Shown in pieces: positions 1-8,770 of a stretch of 64,000 nt of DNA (the stretch's first letter is position 1; each line of letters starts with the position of its first letter). Origin of the DNA: Arenibacter sp. (GTDB lineage Bacteria > Bacteroidota > Bacteroidia > Flavobacteriales > Flavobacteriaceae); the NCBI GenBank assembly GCA_040216555.1, contig JAVJOW010000010.1, positions 32,943-96,942 of the forward strand. The letters run 5' to 3'. The position numbers were made by a program, and so were the translations under genes. The notes under the pieces are model-generated. The model saw only the letters and a list, made by a program, of their open reading frames with translations. It ran no database searches and was not told the origin of the DNA.

Positions 1-239
1 AACCCACTGAAGGAAGAGGCATATAAGGTAGGAAAGGCAAAGAAAAGAACGCCTCCCGAAGCGATGAGCCAGACCTCATTGGCATCCCAAAAAGGGCCAA
101 TGGCATTGGTAATGGCCTTCTTATCCTGTTCCTTTTTCGCGAAAAATAAATGTACTATTCCCGCTCCAAAATCATAACCATCCAAAACTACATAGATGGC
201 CAACATACTCATTAAAACAACGTACCAGAATAATTCCAT
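1..239 (-). CDS. cydB: Cytochrome bd ubiquinol oxidase subunit II, N-terminal part (runs off the left edge)
   Basis: Manual translation from ATG at 239: MELFWYVVLMSMLAIYVVLDGYDFGAGIVHLFF...IGPFWDANEVWLIASGG, with the LDG-D-G-G and P-WD-NEVW motifs of CydB. Starts 2 nt after the cydA stop. Not in the ORF track. Confidence 0.93.
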   Translation of the reverse strand, partial: MELFWYVVLMSMLAIYVVLDGYDFGAGIVHLFFAKKEQDKKAITNAIGPFWDANEVWLIASGGVLFFAFPTLYASSFSG

Positions 240-241
240 AT

Positions 242-1573
242 TTAAGCTTCAGCGGTTACAGGTCCTTTATTTATAATTTTACCTACGAGTATCAAAAATA
301 GCATTCCCAACAATAGATATAATCCAATAAATCCTAATAAGGTAAACAAAGTATTTCCAGAGGATACCGTAGGGGAAATTCCTTCGGAAGTCCGCAATAG
401 GTTATATACCAACCAAGGCTGCCTCCCCAATTCCGCGGTATACCAACCAGTGGTATTGGCAATATAAGGAAAGGGCAGGAAGAATAGCAGGGACCACAAA
501 ATCCATTTGGTACCGTATAATTTTTTGCGCCATAACTGAAAGGCTCCCACCGCCATTATCCCTATAAATAGGGTGCCCAGTCCTACCATTATGTGATAGG
601 CATAATATAATCCAGGAATATTGGTGGGGTAGTTTTCCGGTTCAAATTCGTTCAATCCTTTTACTTCTGCATCCCATTTTTTGTAGGTTAAAAAACTAAG
701 TATATTGGGGACAGCAATTTTATTGTCCAATTTTTTGTCGACCACATTGGGCTGCCCAATTAGAACAATTTCCGATCCACCATCCTGGGTTTCAAATAAT
801 CCTTCCATGGCCGCAAAAGTAACAGGCTGATGTTCCACCACATTTTTAGCGGCCCAATCGCCCGTTGGGAAGGCTACCAATACAGAGGACACTAGTCCAA
901 ATATTACCCCGGTCTTAACAAATAGCTTCCCGAAACTACTGTGTTTGTTGTTCAAAATATAGAAGGCGCCTATAGAAGCCATTACAAAAGATGCGGTTAC
1001 CAAACTGGCCAACTGATTGTGTAAATAGGAGGGCAAGAGCCAAGGGTTGGAGAATAAGGCACCAAAATTAGTCAATACAAATTTGCCATTGCTCAATATT
1101 TCATATCCTACAGGATGCTGCATCCAGGAATGTGTGGCTATTATTAAATAACCACTGGCCCAGGAACCTAAAAAAACCAAGAAACCCGTTACAAAGTGTA
1201 ATTTGTGTCCCAATAATTTCTCGCCGAACAAAAATAGGCCCAAAAAGGAAGATTCCAGAAAAAAGGAGAACATCCCTTCCATGGCCAAGGTCTGCCCAAT
1301 AATTCCACCGGTCAATTCGGAAAATTTGGCCCAATTGGTCCCAAATTGAAATTCCATTGGTATTCCGGTAACAACCCCCATTGCAAAATTAAGGGCAAAG
1401 ATCCGCATCCAAAATTTAGCTGCATCATTATAATGATCAATTCGCGTTCTAAGGAATTTCCATTTAAAATAAACGATGATCAGGGAGAGGCCCATGGTAA
1501 GTTGTGGAAACAAATAGTGGAAGGTGATAGTAAAGGCAAATTGCATTCTATCGTAAAAGAGCATATCCTCCAT
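242..1573 (-). CDS. cydA: Cytochrome bd ubiquinol oxidase subunit I (short Q-loop type)
   Basis: FHYLF (heme b595 His), GIPMEFQFGTNW, FFLES, LHNQ, YHIMVG and ELGRQPW motifs; multiple TM segments. Confidence 0.97.
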   Translation of the reverse strand: MEDMLFYDRMQFAFTITFHYLFPQLTMGLSLIIVYFKWKFLRTRIDHYNDAAKFWMRIFALNFAMGVVTGIPMEFQFGTNWAKFSELTGGIIGQTLAMEGMFSFFLESSFLGLFLFGEKLLGHKLHFVTGFLVFLGSWASGYLIIATHSWMQHPVGYEILSNGKFVLTNFGALFSNPWLLPSYLHNQLASLVTASFVMASIGAFYILNNKHSSFGKLFVKTGVIFGLVSSVLVAFPTGDWAAKNVVEHQPVTFAAMEGLFETQDGGSEIVLIGQPNVVDKKLDNKIAVPNILSFLTYKKWDAEVKGLNEFEPENYPTNIPGLYYAYHIMVGLGTLFIGIMAVGAFQLWRKKLYGTKWILWSLLFFLPFPYIANTTGWYTAELGRQPWLVYNLLRTSEGISPTVSSGNTLFTLLGFIGLYLLLGMLFLILVGKIINKGPVTAEA

Positions 1574-1600
1574 GAAAAAAACTTAAGGTTTATTTTGGTT

Positions 1601-1608
1601 TAAAATTA
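1601..1608 (-). promoter_or_regulatory. Putative Bacteroidota -7 element for cydAB (TAATTTTA, one mismatch to TAnnTTTG)
   Basis: Minus-strand read of 1608-1601; 28.5 bp from the centre of the 1629-1644 palindrome. Confidence 0.35.
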
Positions 1609-1628
1609 GATAACAAAAAATTAAATTA

Positions 1629-1644
1629 GGTAACACTGGTTACA
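1629..1644. promoter_or_regulatory. Crp/Fnr-type operator candidate GGTAAC-ACTG-GTTACA upstream of cydA
   Basis: 6-4-6 palindrome matching those at 43545-43560 and 45310-45325. Confidence 0.6.
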
Positions 1645-1688
1645 TAATTGCTTATTTAAATTGAATAAAAACAAATAGGTCCAATAAC

Positions 1689-1700
1689 TGACAATTGTCA
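1689..1700. promoter_or_regulatory. Perfect palindrome TGAC-AATT-GTCA (FNR-box-like) upstream of the putative copper operon
   Basis: tgacaattgtca is its own reverse complement; centre lies 30.5 bp before TATATTTG (1725-1732). Confidence 0.45.
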
Positions 1701-1724
1701 TCTTTTTATCTTTACAATTTGCAC

Positions 1725-1732
1725 TATATTTG
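1725..1732 (+). promoter_or_regulatory. Bacteroidota -7 element TATATTTG for the 1795-5191 operon
   Basis: Exact TAnnTTTG match 62 nt before the ATG at 1795. Confidence 0.55.
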
Positions 1733-1794
1733 TGCTGTATTTTAAATATTGCAGTCTTTTGTCATGGAAGCTTGCATCAATTTGAAAATTAATA

Positions 1795-2169
1795 ATGAAA
1801 CATTTAATCTTATTTGTTGCGATAATTATGCTGATAAAGCCACTTTGGCCCTTAGCTGAATATGCGGTAAATTACGATTATATTGTGGAAAACCTTTGTG
1901 AAAATAGGGATACCCCTTCCTTGCATTGTGATGGTAAATGTTACCTTGCCAAACAATTGGCCAAAGAATCGGAGGGAAGCGATAAAAATCCGTTTGAGGG
2001 GAAACGGTTCAATTTGGAAATTCAGTATATTTCTTCTTTCGACCCATTACTGGTTCTTGGATCGGTCAATGAATACGATAGTACTGTTCAAAATAATTAC
2101 AAGGGAATCCAAACTTTGATTTCCGGCCTATACACTACAGATATTGCACAGCCACCTGAACTGGGATAA
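1795..2169 (+). CDS. Small hypothetical protein with N-terminal hydrophobic segment and C-x10-C-x3-C motif
   Basis: 124 aa; LCENRDTPSLHCDGKCYLAKQL; first gene of an apparent operon with a TonB receptor. Confidence 0.75.
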   Translation: MKHLILFVAIIMLIKPLWPLAEYAVNYDYIVENLCENRDTPSLHCDGKCYLAKQLAKESEGSDKNPFEGKRFNLEIQYISSFDPLLVLGSVNEYDSTVQNNYKGIQTLISGLYTTDIAQPPELG

Positions 2170-2291
2170 TTCAATTATCGCCAATGGATAGCTAAATTCT
2201 TAGTTAAGCCATGGCGTTTTCAAGGAATTGTATTATCTAAATAAATCAAATGAACATTATTAAATGTGCCCATAAGGTATACACAATACTT

Positions 2292-4313
2292 ATGGAAACA
2301 AGCAGACCTATATACATTTGGGTGTTGTTGTTGGGGATATTTATTTTTCCCATTAACATTGGTGCACAGGAATTGGTTTTGCCAAAGGATTCGATCATAA
2401 CGATCAATTTGGACGAAGTTATCCTTATTTCGGCCAGAAAGACTTTGGATTACCATCGTCAGCCCAAACCCCTCTCTACCTTGGACGAGTATCTGGAATC
2501 CTCTAAAAAGGTAGATATGGTGAAACGTGGAGCTTATGCCTGGGAACCAACTCTGAACAATATGTTTTCGGAACGGCTTTCGGTAACTATTGATGGAATG
2601 AGGATTTTTGGTGCATGCACCGACAAGATGGATCCCGTAACTTCCTATGTGGATGTGTCCAATTTATCACGCGCTCATATAGCTTCGGGCCAGCAGGGCA
2701 CCGAACACGGAAACACCATTGGTGGGGCCATTAATTTGGAGCTAGACCGGGGTAATTTTAAGGAAATGGGATTGTATGGTGGAGTGGAAACAGGTTTTGA
2801 GAGCAACAACCAAATGAGTGTTGTTGGGGCCGAATTTAATTATTCGGATTCCAATTTCTATGTGGATACCGATATTATTTATCGCAAGGCAGAAAATTAT
2901 GTTGCGGGGGGCGATGAAGAAGTTGAGTTCTCCCAATTTGAAAAATATAATGTTTCGGCCAATGGCGGATATAAACTTGCGGAAGATCAGGCATTGACGG
3001 CCAGTCTTATTTATGATGAGGCCAGGGATGTGGGCTATCCTGCATTGACTATGGATGTTTCCTTAGCTAGGGCCATTATTGCATCTGTAGGTTTTGAGCA
3101 GGATGCTTTATGGGGTAGTTTAACGAACTGGAAATCCAAGATGTATTTTAATAAGGTAACCCATGTCATGGACGATACCAAACGGCCAGATGTACCCATC
3201 CACATGGATATGCCAGGTTGGAGCGATACCTATGGCTTTTACTCCCAAGCAGCATTACAGGCCAAAAAGCATCAATTTTTATTTAAGGTAGATGGGTATT
3301 ACAACAAATCCTTGGCTGAAATGACAATGTATCCCAATGACCCGAACGAGTTGTCCATGTTTATGCTCACCTGGCCCGATGTACGTACCGCCAACGGTGG
3401 GGTCTATGCGGAGGATGAGCTGGATCTAAATGGTAGTTTTCTTAAGTTAGCGACCAGGCTGACAGTTCAGAACCAGAATGTTGCGGACGAATTTGGATTG
3501 AATAGTCTAAAGATTTTTTATCCTGAGATGGAGAAATCCAAAACTCGGTTCCTAAAAAGTATTTCAGGGCAATGGCATAAAATGTGGATGCCGTGGCATT
3601 TTAATGCGGGACTTTCTTATGGTGATAGGGCCCCTTCCGTGACCGAGGGCTATGGATTTTATTTGTTCAACAGTTTTGATAACCACGACTATATTGGGGA
3701 TCCCGGACTTGCCAACGAAAAATCCATGGAGGCCAATACCAAAATCTCTTGGGAAAAATCCAAGTTTAAGTTAAGTGCCGAGGCCAATTTTTTCCACATC
3801 GCCGATTATATTATTGGGGAAATTGACCCTTCCCTTAGTGTAATGACCATAGGGGCGGAAGGGGTAAAGATCTACAGGAACCTGGATTACGCCAATTTGT
3901 TCAACGCTTCCTTGGATATGGAATACGCCATTTTGCCAGAACTGAAATGGTCCGGGTTGATTTCCTATCATCGTGGTGCGGACAACAATGGTGGCAACTT
4001 ACCTTTTATAAGTCCATTTTCTTACAGATCTGGTTTTCAATTTGATAAGAGGTCATTTTCAGCTGCCCTAAGGATAACCGGAGCAGGAAAACAAGTGAAC
4101 TATAACCCGGATTTCGGAGAAGATCAAACACAGGCCTATATGATTTGTTCCTTGACCTTTGGCAAGACTTTTAAATTTAACAATGATTCCATGTACGCGA
4201 AGTTTGGGGTAGAGAATATTTTTGATGAATACTACTCCACCTATACCGATTGGAAAAACATCCCAAGAATGGGGCGAAACTTTTTTTTAACACTTTCTTA
4301 TTCCATTAATTAA
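2292..4313 (+). CDS. TonB-dependent receptor, OprC-like (probable copper uptake)
   Basis: Signal peptide from Met 2292 (track start 2250); plug motif GACTDKMDP (CxxxM); THVMDD (HxM); C-terminal MGRNFFLTLSYSIN barrel strand. Confidence 0.8.
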   Translation: METSRPIYIWVLLLGIFIFPINIGAQELVLPKDSIITINLDEVILISARKTLDYHRQPKPLSTLDEYLESSKKVDMVKRGAYAWEPTLNNMFSERLSVTIDGMRIFGACTDKMDPVTSYVDVSNLSRAHIASGQQGTEHGNTIGGAINLELDRGNFKEMGLYGGVETGFESNNQMSVVGAEFNYSDSNFYVDTDIIYRKAENYVAGGDEEVEFSQFEKYNVSANGGYKLAEDQALTASLIYDEARDVGYPALTMDVSLARAIIASVGFEQDALWGSLTNWKSKMYFNKVTHVMDDTKRPDVPIHMDMPGWSDTYGFYSQAALQAKKHQFLFKVDGYYNKSLAEMTMYPNDPNELSMFMLTWPDVRTANGGVYAEDELDLNGSFLKLATRLTVQNQNVADEFGLNSLKIFYPEMEKSKTRFLKSISGQWHKMWMPWHFNAGLSYGDRAPSVTEGYGFYLFNSFDNHDYIGDPGLANEKSMEANTKISWEKSKFKLSAEANFFHIADYIIGEIDPSLSVMTIGAEGVKIYRNLDYANLFNASLDMEYAILPELKWSGLISYHRGADNNGGNLPFISPFSYRSGFQFDKRSFSAALRITGAGKQVNYNPDFGEDQTQAYMICSLTFGKTFKFNNDSMYAKFGVENIFDEYYSTYTDWKNIPRMGRNFFLTLSYSIN

Positions 4314-4327
4314 TTAAATTAAACGTA

Positions 4328-5191
4328 ATGAAAACAATAAAACTAATTCTAGTAACTTTTGTAGCCGCTTTAGGATTATCATCCTGTTCCTCTGATGGGG
4401 ACGACACACCAAAAATTGATGTAAATCCTATGGCCGAATTTAATTTGCTAACAAATATTGAGGCCAACGGCCATAGTTTGGAGCTGTATTCCGAAGGTAA
4501 AACAGGTTTTACCACAGGATACAATGAACTTTTTGTACGTATAAAAAATAATGCCGATGACACTTATTTTGCCAATCCTGAAATTACTTGGATGCCCGTA
4601 ATGCATATGATGAGTATGAACCATTCATGTCCAAAATCCGAACTTGCTGTTTCCAATGATTATAACACAGTGACAAAGGGATACGTCATATTTCAAATGC
4701 CTGGAAATGCCGATGAATATTGGGACATAACCTTTACTTATGAGGTAGAGGGGCAGGAATATTCAGTGACAGAAACCATAGATGTTACTGCCCCAAGCGA
4801 TGGTAAACAAACAGTTTCTGCATTTATGGGAAGTGATGATGTCAGGTATATCTTGGCCATGGTTGAACCAACCGATCCAGAAGTTGCCGTTAACGATATA
4901 CAGGCCATGCTGTTTAAAATGGAAAGTATGATGAGCTTTCCCGGTGTTGAAAACTATTCCGTAACACTTGATCCTCGTATGCCCGGGATGGGTAACCATA
5001 GTTCTCCCAACAACGAAGATTTAACCTATGATGCGGCTACCAAATCTTATAAGGGGAAATTGTCCTTGACCATGACCGGGTATTGGAAACTTAATCTAAA
5101 ACTGTTGAACAGTTCGGGAGAGGTATTAAAAGGTGAAGATATTACTGAAGAAATTGAAGCAAGTAGTTTGTACTTCGAATTAGAATTTTAA
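4328..5191 (+). CDS. Lipoprotein with two YtkA/FixH-like Met/His-rich repeats
   Basis: Lipobox LGLSSC; MPVMHMMSMNHSCP...FQMPG..YW and PRMPGMGNHSSP...LTMTGYW. Confidence 0.7.
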   Translation: MKTIKLILVTFVAALGLSSCSSDGDDTPKIDVNPMAEFNLLTNIEANGHSLELYSEGKTGFTTGYNELFVRIKNNADDTYFANPEITWMPVMHMMSMNHSCPKSELAVSNDYNTVTKGYVIFQMPGNADEYWDITFTYEVEGQEYSVTETIDVTAPSDGKQTVSAFMGSDDVRYILAMVEPTDPEVAVNDIQAMLFKMESMMSFPGVENYSVTLDPRMPGMGNHSSPNNEDLTYDAATKSYKGKLSLTMTGYWKLNLKLLNSSGEVLKGEDITEEIEASSLYFELEF

Positions 5192-5211
5192 ATAGTACTT
5201 ATGTATGCTAT

Positions 5212-5241
5212 AAAAAAGGCTGCCCAGTGGGCAGCCTTTTT
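5212..5241. terminator. Bidirectional intrinsic terminator between the lipoprotein gene and nagB
   Basis: aaaaaggctgccc-agt-gggcagccttttt, perfect 13-bp inverted repeat with A/T tails between convergent genes. Confidence 0.9.
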
Positions 5242-5262
5242 GTATTGTAATATATTGGGCAC

Positions 5263-7191
5263 TTAGTAATGGTAGCGAACAAATGCTTCCATGGCAGCAT
5301 AATGTGCCAATCCCAATTCATCGTATTTGGTCGCTGTTTCCTTGTTTCTGTCCTCCGCTCGTTGCCAAAATTCCCGTGAATCCGACCCTTGGAAAACCAC
5401 TCCGTCTTTTTGGGATTGGTGTTTGAAAATTCCATATCGCTTTGCCAAAACCTGACTTGGACTCATTGGTACGGCCATTTCAATATCCTCTATATCCCAT
5501 TCTTGCCATGCTCCACGGTACAGCCATAACCAACAGTCCTTCATGTAGGATTTGGTCTTAAGTCGCTTTAGGGACTCAAAAATAATGTCCAAACACACCT
5601 TATGGGTACCATGTGGATCCGCCAAATCGCCCGCCGCATAGATTTGATGCGGTTTAATTTTTTCGATCAAATCCATGGTTATTTTAATATCTTCCTCTCC
5701 CGGAGGATTTTTCTCAATGGTACCGGTTTCATAGAAGGGCAGATCGTTAAAATGTATCTGCTCGTCCGTAAGTCCAACGTAATAACTCGTTGCCCTAGCC
5801 TCACTTCTTCGTATAAGACCCTTTATGTTTCTTACTTCCTCAATGTCTATTTCACTGGTCTTTTTGTTCTTAATGAACTCAGTAGCCTTTTTGTATATCT
5901 CAACCGATTTTCTATTGTCCAGACCAAAAGAACGGTTGTAATCGATCACGAAATCCGAGAATCGCAGGGCTTCGTCATCGGCTACCGCTATATTTCCGGA
6001 AGTCTGATAAGCTACATGCACTTCATGGCCTTGGTTTTGAAGCCGCATGAAAGTGCCTCCCATGCTGATGATATCATCATCTGGGTGCGGACTAAAAATA
6101 AGTACGCGTTTTTTGGCAGGATTTGCTCTTTCCGGTCTATTGCTGTCGTCTGCGTTTGGCTTACCTCCTGGCCAGCCGGTAATGGTGTGCTGTAATTTGT
6201 TGAAAATCCTAATGTTAATGTCGTAGGCATCCCCAACTTCAGTCAACAAATCACTCATACCGTTTTCAATATAGTCCGCCTCCGTAAGCATAAGAACTGC
6301 TTTCTCAAGTCTAAGTGCTAGTCCAACAACGGCTTTCTTGATCATTTTCTCATCCCACTCTACTTTCTCTACTATCCAAGGGGTACTTACCCTGGTAAGT
6401 TTTGAAGAAGAACCTTTGTCAAGGATGAAAATACTGTTTGGATGCTCCTGTAGGTAAGATGCCGGTACCTGTTCCGTAATAGGCCCTTCTACTGAAGCTT
6501 TAATGATAGAGGATTTGCCTTCTCCCCAAGCCATAAGAACAACTTGCTTGGCCCGCATTATTTGCTTTATACCAAGTGTAATAGCTGTTTTTGGCGTGTT
6601 GTACAATCCTTGGAAATCTTTACTGGCCGCTACTCTTGTAATATGGTCCAAGGTAACAAGCCTGGTTTTGGAATTGGGCAGGGATCCGGATTCGTTAAAA
6701 CCTATGTGCCCGTTGCCACCAATACCCAAGATTTGTAGATCGATGCCACCCAAAGCGTCTATTTTAGCCTCATATTCCTTACAGTAATCGGCAATATCCT
6801 TTTTCGCCAAGGTTCCGTCCGGAATATGAAAATTTTCAGGTTCTATATCTACATGGTTAAAGAGCAATTCCTTCATGAATCGCACATAACTTTGTATGGC
6901 ATCCGGTTCCATTGGATAATATTCGTCCAAATTGAAGGCTATGACATTTTTAAAACTAAGGCCTTCCTCTCTATGCAGGCGAACTAGTTCGGCATACAGC
7001 CGTTTTGGAGTGGACCCTGTAGCAAGTCCTAGGACGCACATCTCCTTGGCCTTTTGTTTTTTCTTAATTAATGTCGCAATTTCAGCTGCAGCAGCCTTGG
7101 ACGCAACCTCTGAAGATTCGAAGATGACCGTGTTGATTTTTTCAAATCGTTTTTCAAAACTGGTAACCTTGTCGATTTTACTTTTAATCAT
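5263..7191 (-). CDS. nagB: Glucosamine-6-phosphate deaminase fused to a C-terminal PIG-L/LmbE-like domain (long Bacteroidota form)
   Basis: VLGLATGSTP, FNLDEYY and LGIGGNGHIGFNE motifs; second domain FSPHPDDD and DPHGTH. Confidence 0.93.
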   Translation of the reverse strand: MIKSKIDKVTSFEKRFEKINTVIFESSEVASKAAAAEIATLIKKKQKAKEMCVLGLATGSTPKRLYAELVRLHREEGLSFKNVIAFNLDEYYPMEPDAIQSYVRFMKELLFNHVDIEPENFHIPDGTLAKKDIADYCKEYEAKIDALGGIDLQILGIGGNGHIGFNESGSLPNSKTRLVTLDHITRVAASKDFQGLYNTPKTAITLGIKQIMRAKQVVLMAWGEGKSSIIKASVEGPITEQVPASYLQEHPNSIFILDKGSSSKLTRVSTPWIVEKVEWDEKMIKKAVVGLALRLEKAVLMLTEADYIENGMSDLLTEVGDAYDINIRIFNKLQHTITGWPGGKPNADDSNRPERANPAKKRVLIFSPHPDDDIISMGGTFMRLQNQGHEVHVAYQTSGNIAVADDEALRFSDFVIDYNRSFGLDNRKSVEIYKKATEFIKNKKTSEIDIEEVRNIKGLIRRSEARATSYYVGLTDEQIHFNDLPFYETGTIEKNPPGEEDIKITMDLIEKIKPHQIYAAGDLADPHGTHKVCLDIIFESLKRLKTKSYMKDCWLWLYRGAWQEWDIEDIEMAVPMSPSQVLAKRYGIFKHQSQKDGVVFQGSDSREFWQRAEDRNKETATKYDELGLAHYAAMEAFVRYHY

Positions 7192-7457
7192 GGAGAGCTA
7201 GATTTTTTGTTCATTTTTGGTTGAATCGATAAAAGTAGTACAAAGTATTTAAATGCCTAAAAAAGATAAGGAATTTTAATCAAGTTTAAGAATAAAAAAT
7301 ATTTTGTGATACTTTTTTAATCTTTCCAAAAATGGTCGGTGCAATACTTTTAAAATTAATATCTTGGTAAATTATTTACTTTGAAGACCTAGTGTTTTAA
7401 AAAATATTGTCGCACTACCGCCATTAAAGTAATGTTTTATTTATAAAAATAATATTA

Positions 7458-8645
7458 ATGAGTTTGACTTTAGAAAATACATGGAGATGGTACGGGCCCA
7501 AAGATCCTGTTTCCTTAATGGATATTAAACAGTCCGGAGCTACAGGAGTGGTTACTGCCCTACATCACATTCCCAATGGGGAAGTTTGGCCGGTGGAGGA
7601 AATTAAAAAGAGAAAGGCAGAGATCGAGGCGGTGGGCTTGACCTGGTCTGTTGTAGAAAGCGTTCCCATTCATGAAAGTATTAAGACGCAACAGGGCGAT
7701 TTTCAGAAGTATGTGGAAAACTATAAGACCACCATCTCCAATTTGGGATCCTTTGGAATAGATACTATTTGTTACAATTTTATGCCCGTTTTGGATTGGA
7801 CGCGCACCAATCTTGACTATGAACTGGAGGATGGGTCTACGGCGTTGAGGTTTGAAAAGGACGCCTTTGCGGCTTTTGAACTTTTTCTATTAAAACGTCC
7901 AGGTGCAGAAAAATCATACACTGAGGAAGAGCAAAAGGCTGCCAAGGAATATTTGGAAAAAACTTCGGAAAAGGGTCAAAAGAAATTGGTGCAGAATATT
8001 ATAGCAGGACTACCTGGGGCCGAAGAAGGATATAGCTTAAAGGAGTTTAATCAAATTTTGGCAACATATGACCAAATTGGCACGAAGGAACTAAAGCAAC
8101 ATCTGTTCTCTTTTTTGCAGAGCATAATTCCCACTGCCGAAAAAGAAGGGGTGCGTATGTGCATACATCCCGATGATCCACCCTATCCAATTTTGGGATT
8201 GCCAAGGGTGGTAAGTACGGAACAGGACATTCTTGATCTTTATAATGCCGTGGATAGTCCCAATAACGGGCTAACCTTTTGTACCGGGTCTTTTGGGGTT
8301 AGAGCGGACAATGATTTGGTGGGTATGGTAAAGCGCTTGGGGCATCGAATACATTTCATGCACCTTAGAAGTACAGAGCGGGATGACAAAGGTAATTTTC
8401 ACGAGGCCGATCATTTGACAGGGGATGTAGATATGTTCGGGGTGTTAAAAGCCTTGGTGGAGGAGCAACAAAAGAGAAGTGCTGTGGGAAGAAAAGATTT
8501 GAGAATGCCAATGAGGCCAGATCACGGTCACAAAATGTTGGACGACCTTAGGAAAAAAACAAACCCGGGATATTCTGCCATAGGAAGGCTTAGGGGACTT
8601 GCAGAATTAAGGGGACTGGAATTGGGAATAAGAAGATCCCTGTAA
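7458..8645 (+). CDS. uxuA: Mannonate dehydratase
   Basis: [30 protein letters not shown] and RPDHGH motifs. Confidence 0.96.
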   Translation: MSLTLENTWRWYGPKDPVSLMDIKQSGATGVVTALHHIPNGEVWPVEEIKKRKAEIEAVGLTWSVVESVPIHESIKTQQGDFQKYVENYKTTISNLGSFGIDTICYNFMPVLDWTRTNLDYELEDGSTALRFEKDAFAAFELFLLKRPGAEKSYTEEEQKAAKEYLEKTSEKGQKKLVQNIIAGLPGAEEGYSLKEFNQILATYDQIGTKELKQHLFSFLQSIIPTAEKEGVRMCIHPDDPPYPILGLPRVVSTEQDILDLYNAVDSPNNGLTFCTGSFGVRADNDLVGMVKRLGHRIHFMHLRSTERDDKGNFHEADHLTGDVDMFGVLKALVEEQQKRSAVGRKDLRMPMRPDHGHKMLDDLRKKTNPGYSAIGRLRGLAELRGLELGIRRSL

Positions 8646-8693
8646 AATAAATCAACTTTCCTTGCCAAGGAAAACAGTATTTAGAGTTTAAAA

Positions 8694-8726
8694 AAAACCT
8701 CAGATTTTCACAAAATCTGAGGTTTT
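8694..8726. terminator. Bidirectional hairpin terminator between uxuA and eda
   Basis: aaaacctcagatttt-cac-aaaatctgaggtttt, 15-bp perfect stem between convergent stops. Confidence 0.8.
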
Positions 8727-8770
8727 ACTTTTATAATGCCAAAATAGGCAGTCCAATGATGGTCTTGTTC

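Noticed and set aside
2292-4313. TonB receptor as a SusC-type glycan importer
   Set aside because: It is too short (673 aa), has no adjacent SusD, and carries CxxxM/HxM metal motifs instead.
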